Part shown: piece by piece, positions 45,539 through 55,650 of the stretch
How positions within the stretch are numbered: position 1 is the first letter of the stretch
Layout of the letters: each line of letters opens with the position of its first letter
DNA from: an uncultured Collinsella sp.
GTDB lineage: Bacteria; Actinomycetota; Coriobacteriia; Coriobacteriales; Coriobacteriaceae
Assembly: GCA_902470095.1 (NCBI GenBank)
Contig: CABRFG010000001.1
Location: 17,235-81,234, forward strand
Direction: 5' to 3'
DNA length: 64,000 nucleotides
The notes under the pieces: model-generated
The model's database searches: none
Seen by the model: the letters and a program-made list of their open reading frames with translations, nothing else
What the model was told of the DNA's origin: nothing
Made by a program: the position numbers and the translations under genes

Positions 45539-48330
45539 TTGCATGTGAGAGCTGCCACTGTCCTTCGTTCAGTTATATATCGCACCCTGGCCGTCGCGCT
45601 TGCCGCGCTTGTCGTGCTGAGTTCTATCGCGCCTGTCCAGGCTTTTGCCGATGACTCTAGTCAGCCAGTCAAGACAGTCCGCGTTGGTTGGCTCGTCAAC
45701 AGCGAAGGCTTCCAGAACGGCACCCCCGGGGAGCGTCTTTCGGGATGGGGCTACGAGTACCTCCAGACCCTGTCGTACTACACGCCCGGCTGGCGGTACG
45801 AATACGTCTCCGGCACCTTCACCGAGCTTATGGACATGCTCGAGGCAGGCGAGATCGACCTCATGCCCAACATCTCCTACTCCGAGGAACGCGCCCAAAA
45901 GCTGCTCTTTTCCTCGAACCCCGAGGGCACCGAGCGCTACTACATCTACGCCAAGCCCGATCGCGACGATCTGGCCAAGGGCGACCCCCAAGCGCTCCAA
46001 GGCCTTACCATCGGCTACAACCCCGACGTTATGCAAACCTTCGTTGGCCAGCAGTGGCTCGCCAACGAAGGCATTACCTGCACCTATAAAGAAATCGACA
46101 CTGGCGGCGCCCTCTTTGGTGCGCTCACAAACGGCGAGGTCGACGCCATCATCATGAACGACACGCTCTCGTCGCCCGATGCGTCACCCATGTTCTACGT
46201 TGGTTCGAGCGACTACTACTTTGCCGTCCCCAAAAGCCGCCCCGACCTAAGGGACGACATCAATGCCGCCATGTCGGCAATCGCCCGCGTCAACCCACGC
46301 TATATCGACGAAGTCAAATCTAACTACTCGGCCCAAAACAGCGGTTCATCATCGCTCAACGGCCCCGAACGTTCCTGGCTCGAAGCAAATGACAACACCA
46401 TCACGCTCGGCTACATTACGGGCAAACTCCCCTACTGCAACGAAGACGAAGACGGCAAAATGGAAGGTTCGCTCGCATCGATAAATTTGGCATTACGGTC
46501 AAAACCGTCGCCTTTGATAACTACAAGATGATGTCAAAGGCCCTGTCAAAGGGAAGCATCGACGTTGCGCTGCCGGTATACCGAGATTACTGGTTTGCCG
46601 AGCAATCAGGCGTTGTGCAGTCGATATCGTTGGGGACCACAACCCTCACCGCCATCCACACCGGAAGCAACCTGAACAAAGACCTTCAGAACATCGCCTG
46701 TACCAAATCATCGTTTATCAACCGAAATGTACTCGAAAGTCTGTTCCCCACAGCGACCGTGACCGAATGCCAATCCGACGATGAAGCGTTCGACGCCCTC
46801 AGGAAGGGAACGGTGCACTGCATCCTCGCCCCCAGTTCACGCGTAAAAACCATCGGCGACCGTTATGATCTCGAGAACTGCGAGACGGCCGAGTTCCCTG
46901 ACACCTGCGAGCTCTCGTGCTGGATTTCGCGCGGAAGGCCCGAGCTGCTGGGAATCATCAACAAGGGCATCATCAATGCCGGAGAATCGCTCTCCGCAAG
47001 CAATTACTCCTCCACGTCGTACACGGCCCAGGAATCCAACACCCTTCAATTCCTTTATCGCAACCGTGCCGCCGTTGCAGCTGCCCTCATCGGTATGTTG
47101 TCGGTCGGCATCGTCCTGCTCATCTGGGCACTCGTGCGCGCTCGAACCGAGCGCAAAAAAGCCGATGCCGCCAACGCCGCCAAGACGGCATTCCTCACGC
47201 GCATGAGCCACGACATCCGTACGCCGCTCAACGGTATCCTGGGCCTTATCGAGATCGAGGAATTGAAGGAAGGCGATATCCAGGTCGCCCGCGAGAGCCG
47301 TGCCAAGGCGCGCGTTGCCGCCAATCACCTGCTCTCGCTAATCAACGACATCCTCGAGATGGGCAAGATCGAAGACCGCAAGCTAACACTGGAACATGTG
47401 CCTTTTAACCTCAAAGAGCTCTGTGACGATACGCTGGTGCTGTGCAAGCTCCGCGCGTCCAGTAACGGCATCACAATGCAGGACAATAGTCTGCCGTACG
47501 CCACGGGGCCATACATGGTCGGCAGTCCCACCCATATCCGACAGATCATGATCAACCTGTTAGACAACAGCATTAAGTACAACAAGCACGGCGGCTCCGT
47601 CACCTTTAGCTCAAAGACCAAGCCACTCGATAACGGGCGCGCGCTCTTTTGCTTTAGCGTTTCGGACACCGGCATTGGTATGACTCCCAAGTTTTTAAAG
47701 CATATCTATGAGCCGTTTGCCCAAGAAGGTGACGATGCGCGCAGCAAGTTCCAAGGAACCGGCATGGGCATGCCAATCGTCAAGTCGCTTATTGAACTGA
47801 TGGGCGGCACGATTGAGATTTCGAGTGAGGTTGGCGTGGGGAGTACGTTCAACGTCCAGATTCCGCTCGATATCGACAAAGACCCTCAGGCAAGAGAACG
47901 CGCGGACGAGCAAGCAGACAGCTGCTCGCTTGCCGGCATGAACGTTCTTTTGGCAGAAGATAACGAGCTCAATGCCGAGATTGCCCAGGCGCTGCTCGAA
48001 AGCGAAGGCATTGTCGTAACTCGCGCCGCCGATGGCAACGAAGCGGTCGACCTATACGTTGGCCGTCCCGCCGGCAGCTTCGATGCCATTCTGATGGACA
48101 TTATGATGCCGGACATGGACGGCTATGAGGCAACCCGCGCGATTCGCCTGAGCGAGAAGGTCGATGCAGCCGACATTCCCATCATCGCGCTCACCGCCAA
48201 TGCCTTTGCCGAGGACGCCAAGGCGGCACACGACGCCGGCATGAACGCCCATCTGTCCAAACCGCTCGACTTTAACAAGCTCAAAAACATACTCGCCCGC
48301 ATCAAGAAAAACGGATCCGTTTCGCTATAG
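45539..48330 (+). pseudogene. hybrid sensor histidine kinase with two periplasmic solute-binding (SBP_bac_3-like) domains, split by a frameshift
   Basis: ORF 45539..46531 has a signal peptide, SBP domain 1 and the start of domain 2. ORF 46528..48330 has the rest of domain 2, a TM segment, HisKA (SHDIRTPLN), HATPase and REC. The second frame stays open upstream and reads ...IDKFGITVKTVAFDNYKMMSKAL, continuing SBP domain 2, so the frame switch lies at about 46460..46485. Confidence 0.65.
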
Positions 48331-48372
48331 TTTGTGCCCAACCACCACGCACGACCAGAAAGGAAGCCAACG

Positions 48373-48852
48373 ATGTTTAGGCCCTTACGTCGAAAGAAAC
48401 GCGCCATCACTGACGAGGAAGCGCGCGAACTGCTCGCCACCTGCAAGCGCGGCGTCTTTGCCGTCAACGGCGACGATGGCTACCCGTACGCCATTCCCGT
48501 CAACTACTTCTTCGACGCCGAGCACGACAAGATTTATTTCCATGGCGCCAAGGCCGGCCACAAGGTCGACGCACTCAAGCGCGATGACAAGGTCTGCTTT
48601 ACCGTTTACGGCAACGAGTGGTACAAAGACGGTGACTGGGCTCCCTACGTTATGAGTACCGTGGTCTTTGGCCGCTGTCGCCTGGCGAATGACACCCCCG
48701 CGTTTATCGAGGACAAAGTCCGCCAGCTCGCCCTTAAGTACTACCCTTCTGCCGAGGAGGTCGAAGAGGAAATCGCCAAGGACATTAAGGGCGTCCAGCT
48801 CTACGAGATTACGATTGAGCATCTCTGCGGCAAGCAGATTCAAGAAAAGTAA
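48373..48852 (+). CDS. pyridoxamine 5'-phosphate oxidase-family (Nim-like) flavin-binding protein
   Basis: Trimmed to the ATG at 48373. The translation MFRPLRRKKRAITDEEARELL ... GVFAVNGDDGYPYAIPVNYFFD ... IYFHGAKAGHK fits the family. Confidence 0.75.
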   Translation: MFRPLRRKKRAITDEEARELLATCKRGVFAVNGDDGYPYAIPVNYFFDAEHDKIYFHGAKAGHKVDALKRDDKVCFTVYGNEWYKDGDWAPYVMSTVVFGRCRLANDTPAFIEDKVRQLALKYYPSAEEVEEEIAKDIKGVQLYEITIEHLCGKQIQEK

Positions 48853-48880
48853 GCCTCAAAAGCAAAACTCACAAATAGCA

Positions 48881-48920
48881 ATATGGCCCGGTTCCAACCC
48901 ACCTTGGAACCGGGCCATAT
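48881..48920. terminator. 17-bp-stem hairpin between convergent genes
   Basis: The sequence is ATATGGCCCGGTTCCAA CCCACC TTGGAACCGGGCCATAT. Confidence 0.6.
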
Positions 48921-48922
48921 GC

Positions 48923-51115
48923 TTATGAAGCGTCGGCAGCTATGTGCGCAAGCGCCTCAACGAGCTCCTGCGAGCTCACGGGTTTACTCAGGTGCGCGTC
49001 CATGCCCGCCTCGCGCGAAAGTCTGCGGTCGTCGGCAAAGGCGTTGGCACTCACGGCGATAATCGGCGTGGTCGCGGCATCCTCGCGATCGAGTGCTCGA
49101 ATCCGACGCGTGGCCTCAAGGCCATCGATGCCAGGCATCATGATGTCCATCAACACCACGTCGTACTCGTGCGGTGCGCTCGCGGCAAACGCCTCAACGG
49201 CAGACTCGCCATCCTTAGCATGCGTCACGACGGCACCGGCACGGCTGAGTGTAAACTGCGCGATCTCGGCATTCAGATCGTTATCCTCTACGAGCAAAAC
49301 GCGCAAGCCCTGGAGCGCGTCACCATCGCCCGCATCCGCGCGAACTGCCTGAGGAATCTCGGAGCGTTTGCATTTCTCGAACGGCAGGCGGATGGTAAAC
49401 GTCGTCCCCTGCCCCAAGACACTCGTAAAACTCATGGTTCCGCCCATAAGCTCGACTAACTGTTTTGCGATAGGCGCGCCCAGGCCAGTTCCCGACGAGG
49501 CGCCTTCCACCTGTTGCTCCTCGCGGCAAAACGGCTCGTAGAGGTGCTGTTGGAACTCCTCGCTCATGCCAATACCGTTGTCGGCGATCGTGTATTCATA
49601 GACGGGGGCGCCATCCGCTGGCTCCACCTCGCGGCACACCAGGCGAACATAGCCGCCCTGGCGGTTGTACTTGACGGCATTGCCGGCAATATTGAGCAAC
49701 AGGCGCTTGAGGTGCGTCACGCTCACCCGTGCATAGGGATGATTAAGCGTCTGCTGGTCGCAGATAATTGTCACCAGACGCTCCTCGGCCTGGCGCTCCA
49801 GAATATCGCGCACTTCACAGTTGAGTGCCACCAAATTTGTGGGTACGAGGTTCAGGTCGACCTGCCCGCTCTCCAGGCGACTCATATCGAGTGCCTCGTT
49901 GGCAAGGTCGAGCAGCAGTCCCGATGCCGTCCAGATCTTTGAGCGGCACTCGGTCTGCTTTTGCAGATCGTCCGCATTGGCATCGCCGACCTCGACCATA
50001 CCGCGAATGCCGTTGATGGGCGTGCGCAGATCGTGGCTCATGCGGCGCAGAAACTCCGTCTTTGCCGAGTTAGCAGACGAGGCCTCACGCGCCGCCTTTG
50101 CCAGCTTGTCGCCATAGTCGCGCTCCTGCTGCAGCAAGTCCGTCAAACGTCGGCGATCAGCGCGGCGACGCACCATCACAACAACGGCTATAAAACCGCT
50201 GTAGAGCGCCAGCACGCCGGCAGCAACAGCCGCGACGACCTCGAAGTAACGCCGCGCCGGAGCATAGGTGTACACATAGAATTTGTGCGCTTTTCCAAAT
50301 GTGCCCAAATACCACTCGCCGTCGGCGTTAATCAATTTGACCTTACCGGCCAGGCATCGATCCTTAATACCGTCGACAATGAAGACGTCCGTCGCAGGCA
50401 GATCGAATACGCCCAATACAGTGGGTTCAACGGCATTGGTCGCAACGACCTTGCCGTCGCTTTCGATCACGATATTGCCGCTATCGATGGTTTCATAGCC
50501 TTCGAGCAAACTCTGCAGTTTGAGTGTATTGCTTGCAACCGCCTTCGCGCTCTGATGCCTTACCGCGATAACGATGCCCTCGCCATCCTGCCGAGCCACG
50601 CAACCAATGTCTGCAACCGAATCATCCGAAAGCGTAATGCGGGCGGTATAGGACTTAAGTGGATAGGTTGCCACCTCCAGCACGGGCGCTTCCTTGAGAT
50701 ACGTAGCGAGCGACTCGTAGCCCACGCCATCCGTCGAGGACTCAGACACCAAATTGCCCGATACGTCCGTCACGATCAGTGCGCTCACGTTGAACTGGTC
50801 GGCATATAGCTCCAGCCTTGTGTTATCCACCGAACCGTCGCGCTCCATATCGCGCGCTGCCTCTCCGGCAATCTCCATAACGCGTATCAGGTTTTTGGTC
50901 GTATAGGCGCTATTGAATGCATCGTAGGAAAGGCTCTGCGTCGCCACGTAATCGACAACGTCGGCAAAGCGCTGCTCGGCTTGGGCCGTCGTATAACCGT
51001 AGCTCATCATGCCGGCAACAACCGAGAGCGCTATCCCCAGCAGAGCGACAAGGAGCCATGCCCCTGTCGAACGATTGTCCCGCTCCTCTACGGCGTGGTC
51101 GGGCACATCGATCAT
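48923..51115 (-). CDS. hybrid sensor histidine kinase / response regulator with an extracytoplasmic sensor domain of about 270 aa
   Basis: It has two TM segments flanking the sensor domain, HisKA (SHDLRTPIN), HATPase (GTGLGAPI) and a C-terminal REC (LLVEDNDLN ... VLMDIMMPGIDG). Confidence 0.85.
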   Translation of the reverse strand: MIDVPDHAVEERDNRSTGAWLLVALLGIALSVVAGMMSYGYTTAQAEQRFADVVDYVATQSLSYDAFNSAYTTKNLIRVMEIAGEAARDMERDGSVDNTRLELYADQFNVSALIVTDVSGNLVSESSTDGVGYESLATYLKEAPVLEVATYPLKSYTARITLSDDSVADIGCVARQDGEGIVIAVRHQSAKAVASNTLKLQSLLEGYETIDSGNIVIESDGKVVATNAVEPTVLGVFDLPATDVFIVDGIKDRCLAGKVKLINADGEWYLGTFGKAHKFYVYTYAPARRYFEVVAAVAAGVLALYSGFIAVVVMVRRRADRRRLTDLLQQERDYGDKLAKAAREASSANSAKTEFLRRMSHDLRTPINGIRGMVEVGDANADDLQKQTECRSKIWTASGLLLDLANEALDMSRLESGQVDLNLVPTNLVALNCEVRDILERQAEERLVTIICDQQTLNHPYARVSVTHLKRLLLNIAGNAVKYNRQGGYVRLVCREVEPADGAPVYEYTIADNGIGMSEEFQQHLYEPFCREEQQVEGASSGTGLGAPIAKQLVELMGGTMSFTSVLGQGTTFTIRLPFEKCKRSEIPQAVRADAGDGDALQGLRVLLVEDNDLNAEIAQFTLSRAGAVVTHAKDGESAVEAFAASAPHEYDVVLMDIMMPGIDGLEATRRIRALDREDAATTPIIAVSANAFADDRRLSREAGMDAHLSKPVSSQELVEALAHIAADAS

Positions 51116-51981
51116 GACAGGCCCTCCATATTCAAAAATGGCGAAGGGTCATCAAAGTACTTTGACACCAGACGTTCCATGGTGCCATCGGCAAGCATTT
51201 CTTGATAGGCATGAGCGAGCTTAACGTCGATGCCGCGCGTATCGTTGATATCGAAAGCGGTGCCCAAACCGACCTCTAGCAGCGGCTCGTCCAAAATGCG
51301 ATACGTCACGCCATAGTCTTTTTCGTAGGTGAGCAGCAAAGACTCATGCGCGGCGATGGCGTCGACCAGGCCCTCGACGAGCGCCGGGTTCAGGCATGAA
51401 CGGTCCGAAAAGCAGTAGAGTTCCTTGATCTGCGGAACGTTTTCATTTGTGCGATTGAGCAAAATGCCCTCGGGCTTGGTGGTGGACTGAACCGCCACGA
51501 TCTTATCCTCAAGATCGGCAAGCGTGTAGATATCGCTCTGGGGATCGACCGCGACCACCTGGCGGCTCGCAAGGTACGGGCCGGCCCAACGATACTCGTT
51601 TTCGCGACCCGTCATGCTGAAGCTGCCCATGACGCAATCGAGCTCGCCGCTCGCCAGCAGCTCTTTCTTCTTTTCCCAATCGATCAGCTGGTACTTTGGC
51701 TTGTAACCAATGCGGGCCAAAGCCTCGGTCAATATCTCGACATCCAGGCCAACGATATCGCCGTACTCGTCGGTATACACAAACGGTGGGTAGAGGTCAC
51801 TGCCAACGTTGAGCGTCTTAAGGTCGTCGTCTTTGGCCTGCGAGGCATCCAGACCTTCTAATGCAGACGTCGAGGCTCCGTCATTCGACCCGGAACAGCC
51901 GGCTATCGCTACGGCAAAGGCGCACGCCACCGCAAGCGCGACAAACAACGAAATGGCAACCGAGCGACGGGGTCTTTTCAT
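51112..51981 (-). CDS. solute-binding lipoprotein (SBP_bac_3 / amino-acid ABC type) coupled to the downstream kinase
   Basis: The lipobox is AVAIAGCSG. The translation YPPFVYTDEYGDIVGLDVEIL ... GELDCVM is SBP-like. It overlaps the kinase start by 4 nt. Confidence 0.8.
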   Translation of the reverse strand: MKRPRRSVAISLFVALAVACAFAVAIAGCSGSNDGASTSALEGLDASQAKDDDLKTLNVGSDLYPPFVYTDEYGDIVGLDVEILTEALARIGYKPKYQLIDWEKKKELLASGELDCVMGSFSMTGRENEYRWAGPYLASRQVVAVDPQSDIYTLADLEDKIVAVQSTTKPEGILLNRTNENVPQIKELYCFSDRSCLNPALVEGLVDAIAAHESLLLTYEKDYGVTYRILDEPLLEVGLGTAFDINDTRGIDVKLAHAYQEMLADGTMERLVSKYFDDPSPFLNMEGLS

Positions 51982-52064
51982 CGAGCTCCAGACGATCCTG
52001 TTTACAGACTGAAATGGTTAAAGATAATAGCAAACGAAACCACTCGAGTGCCCAATGGTTACAG

Positions 52065-52106
52065 ACGTTCTACCATGCGGGGCCTTCTAGCCGACTTGGC
52101 AGAAGG
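52065..52106. terminator. 15-bp-stem hairpin downstream of the aminotransferase gene
   Basis: CATGCGGGGCCTTCT / AGAAGGCCCCGCATG form the stem around a 12-nt loop. There is no U-tract. Confidence 0.45.
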
Positions 52107-52125
52107 CCCCGCATGCAGCGCACAC

Positions 52126-53340
52126 TTACCGTGCATTAAAAACGTAGCGGTCCAGGCGGTCGCACGCTTCCCTCACGCGCGAAAGCGGCAGCGCCAGATT
52201 CGCGCGAATGTGGCAGGGCCCGTGGAACGGACGGCCATCCTGATACCCCACGCCCACGCGGGCGCCCTCGTCGAGCAGCCACTGAATATCACGGCCATGC
52301 TCGCGACACCACTCGGTGCAGTCCAGAAACACCATGTACGTGCCCTGCGGACGCGAAAACGCGACGCCCTTCCAATGTTTTTCTGCATACGTGCAGAAGT
52401 ACTCGATATTGCCGGCAAGCACCTGGTTGAGCTCGTCCACCCACTCGTAGCCTTGCGGCTGGTAGGCACCGATAAGCGCATGCATGGAGAGGACGTTCAT
52501 CTCGTTGTAGTGAGTCTTGTTGGACACGGCGCACACGCGGTCGCGCAGCGTCTCGTTATAGATAATGTGGTAGCTGCCGACCAGGCCCGCCAGATTAAAC
52601 GTCTTGCTGGGCGCGTAGAGGGCAACCGTGCGCATGCGGGCATCCTCGCTCACCGACTGCGTCGGGATATGCTTGTGACCCGGCAGAATGATATCGGACC
52701 AAATCTCGTCCGAGATCACCACGCAATCGTGCTGGCGATAGATGTCCATGGCGCGCTCGATCTCGTCGCGCTCCCATACGCGGCCGCAGGGATTGTGCGG
52801 CGAGCAGAACACCGCGGCATGGATGTGGTTTTGGGCGAGTTTGTGCTCCATGTCGTCAAAGTCCATACGCCACACGCCCTGGTCGTCGAGTTTAAGCGGG
52901 CTGTGGACAATGCGATAGCCCGCGGCTTCGATAGACTTGGTAAAGCCAATGTAGGTGGGGCTATGGACCAGCACCGCATCGCCCGGCTGGACATACGCGC
53001 GCAGCATCGACACGACGCCGCCCAGCACGCCGTTTTCGTAGCCGATATGCTCCGGCGCCAAGCCCTCAACGCCGTTGCGGCGGCTCTGCCATTCGATGAT
53101 GCGGTCGAAGTACTCGGGGCGCGGGTTAAAGTAGCCAAACATGGGATGCTGGGCGCGCTGAATGATGTGCTCCTGGACCGTGGGCACCGTGGCAAAATTC
53201 ATGTCGGCCACCCACATGGGAATGCGGTCGAAGCCCTCGTCGGGTGCGTTCGGAGCCATACCGGGGATCTCGCCCCAGGAGTCAACGGCGATGGAGTCCA
53301 TGCCGTGGCGGTCGATAAGCGAGCTAAAGTCGTATTTCAT
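52126..53340 (-). CDS. MalY/PatB-type PLP-dependent aminotransferase / C-S lyase
   Basis: Trimmed to the ATG at 53340 after GGGAG. The translation MKYDFSSLIDRHGMDSIAVD ... MWVADMNF ... SPHNPCGRVW ... SKTFNLAG fits the family. Confidence 0.85.
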   Translation of the reverse strand: MKYDFSSLIDRHGMDSIAVDSWGEIPGMAPNAPDEGFDRIPMWVADMNFATVPTVQEHIIQRAQHPMFGYFNPRPEYFDRIIEWQSRRNGVEGLAPEHIGYENGVLGGVVSMLRAYVQPGDAVLVHSPTYIGFTKSIEAAGYRIVHSPLKLDDQGVWRMDFDDMEHKLAQNHIHAAVFCSPHNPCGRVWERDEIERAMDIYRQHDCVVISDEIWSDIILPGHKHIPTQSVSEDARMRTVALYAPSKTFNLAGLVGSYHIIYNETLRDRVCAVSNKTHYNEMNVLSMHALIGAYQPQGYEWVDELNQVLAGNIEYFCTYAEKHWKGVAFSRPQGTYMVFLDCTEWCREHGRDIQWLLDEGARVGVGYQDGRPFHGPCHIRANLALPLSRVREACDRLDRYVFNAR

Positions 53341-53451
53341 GCTGAACTCCCGTGCAAAGTGATTGTTTTGGTAGGCGTTATTGTCCACCAGCACGGGCGA
53401 TTTTGGCATGGGGTTTGGCGCTTAATTTGACGGGTGCGGACGAATGGCTGG

Positions 53452-54198
53452 TTAGTCTTGTGCGTCGCTGACGGCGACTACGGTTAGCTGGGTTTCATCG
53501 ACCGTAAAAGATATGTCGAGCCCGGCGTAAGCCAAGTGGTAAACGCGGTCTGGCTCGTGCTTGCTGCCCGCGCGGCGTGGATCTTGGCGAAGGACCTCGA
53601 CCAAGCCGGGGAGCTTTGCGGGCGGGACCATGTCTTGAAGCGCTTGCGAAAACTCAACATCGAGCTCTTGCCACGGAGCACCCTCAATCCAGCCGCCGGT
53701 CGCATCCGGGTGGCAGTCCGCAAACGGAATGTAGGGCTTAATGTCGTAGATGGGTGTGCCGTCGCGCAGGTCGGCCCCCAGCACATGGATGATGGGGCCA
53801 TCGTCGGTGAGCTCGACACAATCGAGCTTGACGCAGGTAAGACCGATGGGATTAGGGCGAAACGGACTGCGCGTGGCAAACACGCCCACGCGCTCGGCTC
53901 CACCCAAACGCGGCGGGCGCACGGTTTTCGACCACTTGACGTTGGTGCCGGACCTGTCCTGCGACTTGGCATCGGCAGCAATGTCGTTTGCCGTGCCGCC
54001 GGGCGTTCCGTTTTCGAAGCGCCACAACAGCCATAGGTGAGAGAAGGAGTCCAGGCCCTCAACCGCTGCATTGGAGGCAAATTCCGGCTCAAAGACGATG
54101 TGTCCCTGCAGATGAGGCGCCAAAAAGCTGTTGCGCGGAATGCCGAACTTCTGCGGCAGATCGGTATGTATGTGTGCAATAGGTTCCATGCCGGCCAT
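53452..54198 (-). CDS. trmO: tRNA (t6A37-N6)-methyltransferase TrmO (YaeB/TsaA family)
   Basis: Only the C-terminal 248 codons of the 566-aa track ORF are used. The translation FGIPRNS ... FSHLWLLWRF ... GVFATRSPFRPNPIGLTCVKL ... DGTPIYDIKPYIP is TrmO-like. The start could be 54198 or 54189. Confidence 0.8.
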   Translation of the reverse strand: MAGMEPIAHIHTDLPQKFGIPRNSFLAPHLQGHIVFEPEFASNAAVEGLDSFSHLWLLWRFENGTPGGTANDIAADAKSQDRSGTNVKWSKTVRPPRLGGAERVGVFATRSPFRPNPIGLTCVKLDCVELTDDGPIIHVLGADLRDGTPIYDIKPYIPFADCHPDATGGWIEGAPWQELDVEFSQALQDMVPPAKLPGLVEVLRQDPRRAGSKHEPDRVYHLAYAGLDISFTVDETQLTVVAVSDAQD

Positions 54199-54330
54199 TG
54201 TACGGCATGAAGGTGTGGGGCGTTGCGCGCAATTCTTCGCCGCGGTTCCCCGTCGTGCAACCAACGGTTGCTTGGAAGGGCACCTGCTGCCGCGTATGCT
54301 TAAGCCGCCAACCAGCAGAAAGGAGCCGCT

Positions 54331-55158
54331 ATGGCCTTTGCAGAAAAGCTCATTGCCATCCGTCGCGCCCATCACCTTACCCAGGAGCAGCTCGCCGCCA
54401 AGCTCTTCGTCACACGCCAAGCCGTCAGCCGTTGGGAGCGCGGCGAAGTCACCCCGGGTATCGACATGATGAAGCTCATTGCCGCCGTAACCGGAGAGCC
54501 GCTGCCCCACCTGCTCGAAATGCCCGAGCATTATTGCCAGAGCTGCGGCATGATACTCACGCCCGACGACTGCGGCACCGACGCCACGGGCGCCACGACC
54601 GACCATTACTGCAAGTGGTGCTACGACCACGGCAAGTACACCTGCGAGACCACGATGGAGGCGATGATCGAGGATTGTGCCCCGCGGCTGGCGCAAAACA
54701 CCGGCCTGTCGCTCGACGAAGCCGTCTCGCTCATGGGCGCCGTCCTGCCGCAACTGGAGCGCTGGCGCACCGTGCAGGAAAACGAGAAGCGCTACGGAGC
54801 CGAAGCGCGGGCACGCTATGGCGATGAGGCTATCGATGCAGCAAATGAAGCGCTGCTGGACATGGACCCCGAGACATGGAACGACATGAAGGAACTTGAA
54901 CGCGCTGTTCAGGGCCAGCTTTCGATTGCCATGGGCGGCGGCGATGCGGACGGAAGCGAGGCTCGCAAGCTTGTCGCGATGCATCGTCGCTGGATTGCTC
55001 TCAACTGGGGATGCGAGCCCCAGAACGAAGCGTACCTGGGCCTTGCCCACGGCTATCTTGCCGACCAGCGCTTTATCGACTACTACGACAAGCCCTGCGG
55101 CACCGGAGCCACGGCGTTTCTGGTACAGGCCATCGAGTCGTCGTCGGCTCACGCATAG
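54331..55158 (+). CDS. XRE-type HTH, zinc-ribbon and TipAS-like domain fusion regulator
   Basis: AAAGGAG lies before the ATG. The HTH reads IAIRRAHHLTQEQLAAKLFVTRQAVSRWERGE. The zinc ribbon is CQSCGM ... YCKWCY. The C-terminus (YGDEAIDAANEALLDM ... HRRWI ... LGLAHGYLADQRFIDYYD ... FLVQAI) resembles the TipAS antibiotic-recognition domain. Confidence 0.7.
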   Translation: MAFAEKLIAIRRAHHLTQEQLAAKLFVTRQAVSRWERGEVTPGIDMMKLIAAVTGEPLPHLLEMPEHYCQSCGMILTPDDCGTDATGATTDHYCKWCYDHGKYTCETTMEAMIEDCAPRLAQNTGLSLDEAVSLMGAVLPQLERWRTVQENEKRYGAEARARYGDEAIDAANEALLDMDPETWNDMKELERAVQGQLSIAMGGGDADGSEARKLVAMHRRWIALNWGCEPQNEAYLGLAHGYLADQRFIDYYDKPCGTGATAFLVQAIESSSAHA

Positions 55159-55209
55159 ACCGCGGCAGCTTTGGGTATTTCAATCAAAACCGCAACCGAT
55201 TGGAGACCT

Positions 55210-55455
55210 ATGGCTACTGATCACGAGCTCGCGCTGTACGTTATGACCGGCTGCCCGTATTGCTTAAAGGTCAAGCACTTTTTGGCCGATAACGGCGTGT
55301 CCATTCCCGAGCGTAATATCTCGACCGATTCCGATGCCGAGCAGACACTCATCGCCGTCGGCGGAAAACGCCAGGTTCCCTGCCTATTCATCGACGGAAA
55401 GCCGCTCTACGAATCGAGCGACATCATCGCATGGGTACAGAAGAACCTGCCCTAG
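55210..55455 (+). CDS. glutaredoxin-family protein
   Basis: Trimmed to the ATG at 55210. It has the CPYC motif (LYVMTGCPYCLKVKHFL) and the QVPCLFIDGKPL block. Confidence 0.8.
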   Translation: MATDHELALYVMTGCPYCLKVKHFLADNGVSIPERNISTDSDAEQTLIAVGGKRQVPCLFIDGKPLYESSDIIAWVQKNLP

Positions 55456-55503
55456 CATGCGCATCCCGTCCGCCCAAGGCCCCACCCCATACGGCCTAAA
55501 CAT

Positions 55504-55556
55504 GTACACCAGCATCCAAAGTCGACATTTTTCGACATCTTTGGATGCTGACGTAC
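55504..55556. repeat. palindromic repeat (GCATCCAAAG ... CTTTGGATGC family), copy 1
   Basis: The sequence is GTACACCAGCATCCAAAG TCGACATTTTTCGACAT CTTTGGATGCTGACGTAC. It is followed at 55567..55585 by a degenerate TAGTCAT-GGACGCTCTT fragment. Confidence 0.7.
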
Positions 55557-55650
55557 AGTTTTTGGGTAGTCATGGACGCTCTTAGCCGGCTAATTGTTTG
55601 AGGCGACCTTTGGATTATGGCTGTTTGACGCCTCTGGAAAGGTTTCCGAG

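Noticed and set aside
46528-46531. ATGA stop/start overlap suggesting two translationally coupled genes (a binding protein plus a kinase)
   Set aside because: The kinase frame stays open upstream of its ATG and encodes the missing part of the second binding domain. A frameshift in a single gene explains the data better.
54199-55152. N-terminal 318 codons of the 566-aa minus-strand ORF 53452..55152
   Set aside because: Only the C-terminal 248 aa are TrmO-like. The upstream part is antisense to the well-supported HTH/zinc-ribbon/TipAS gene and is compositionally shadow-like.
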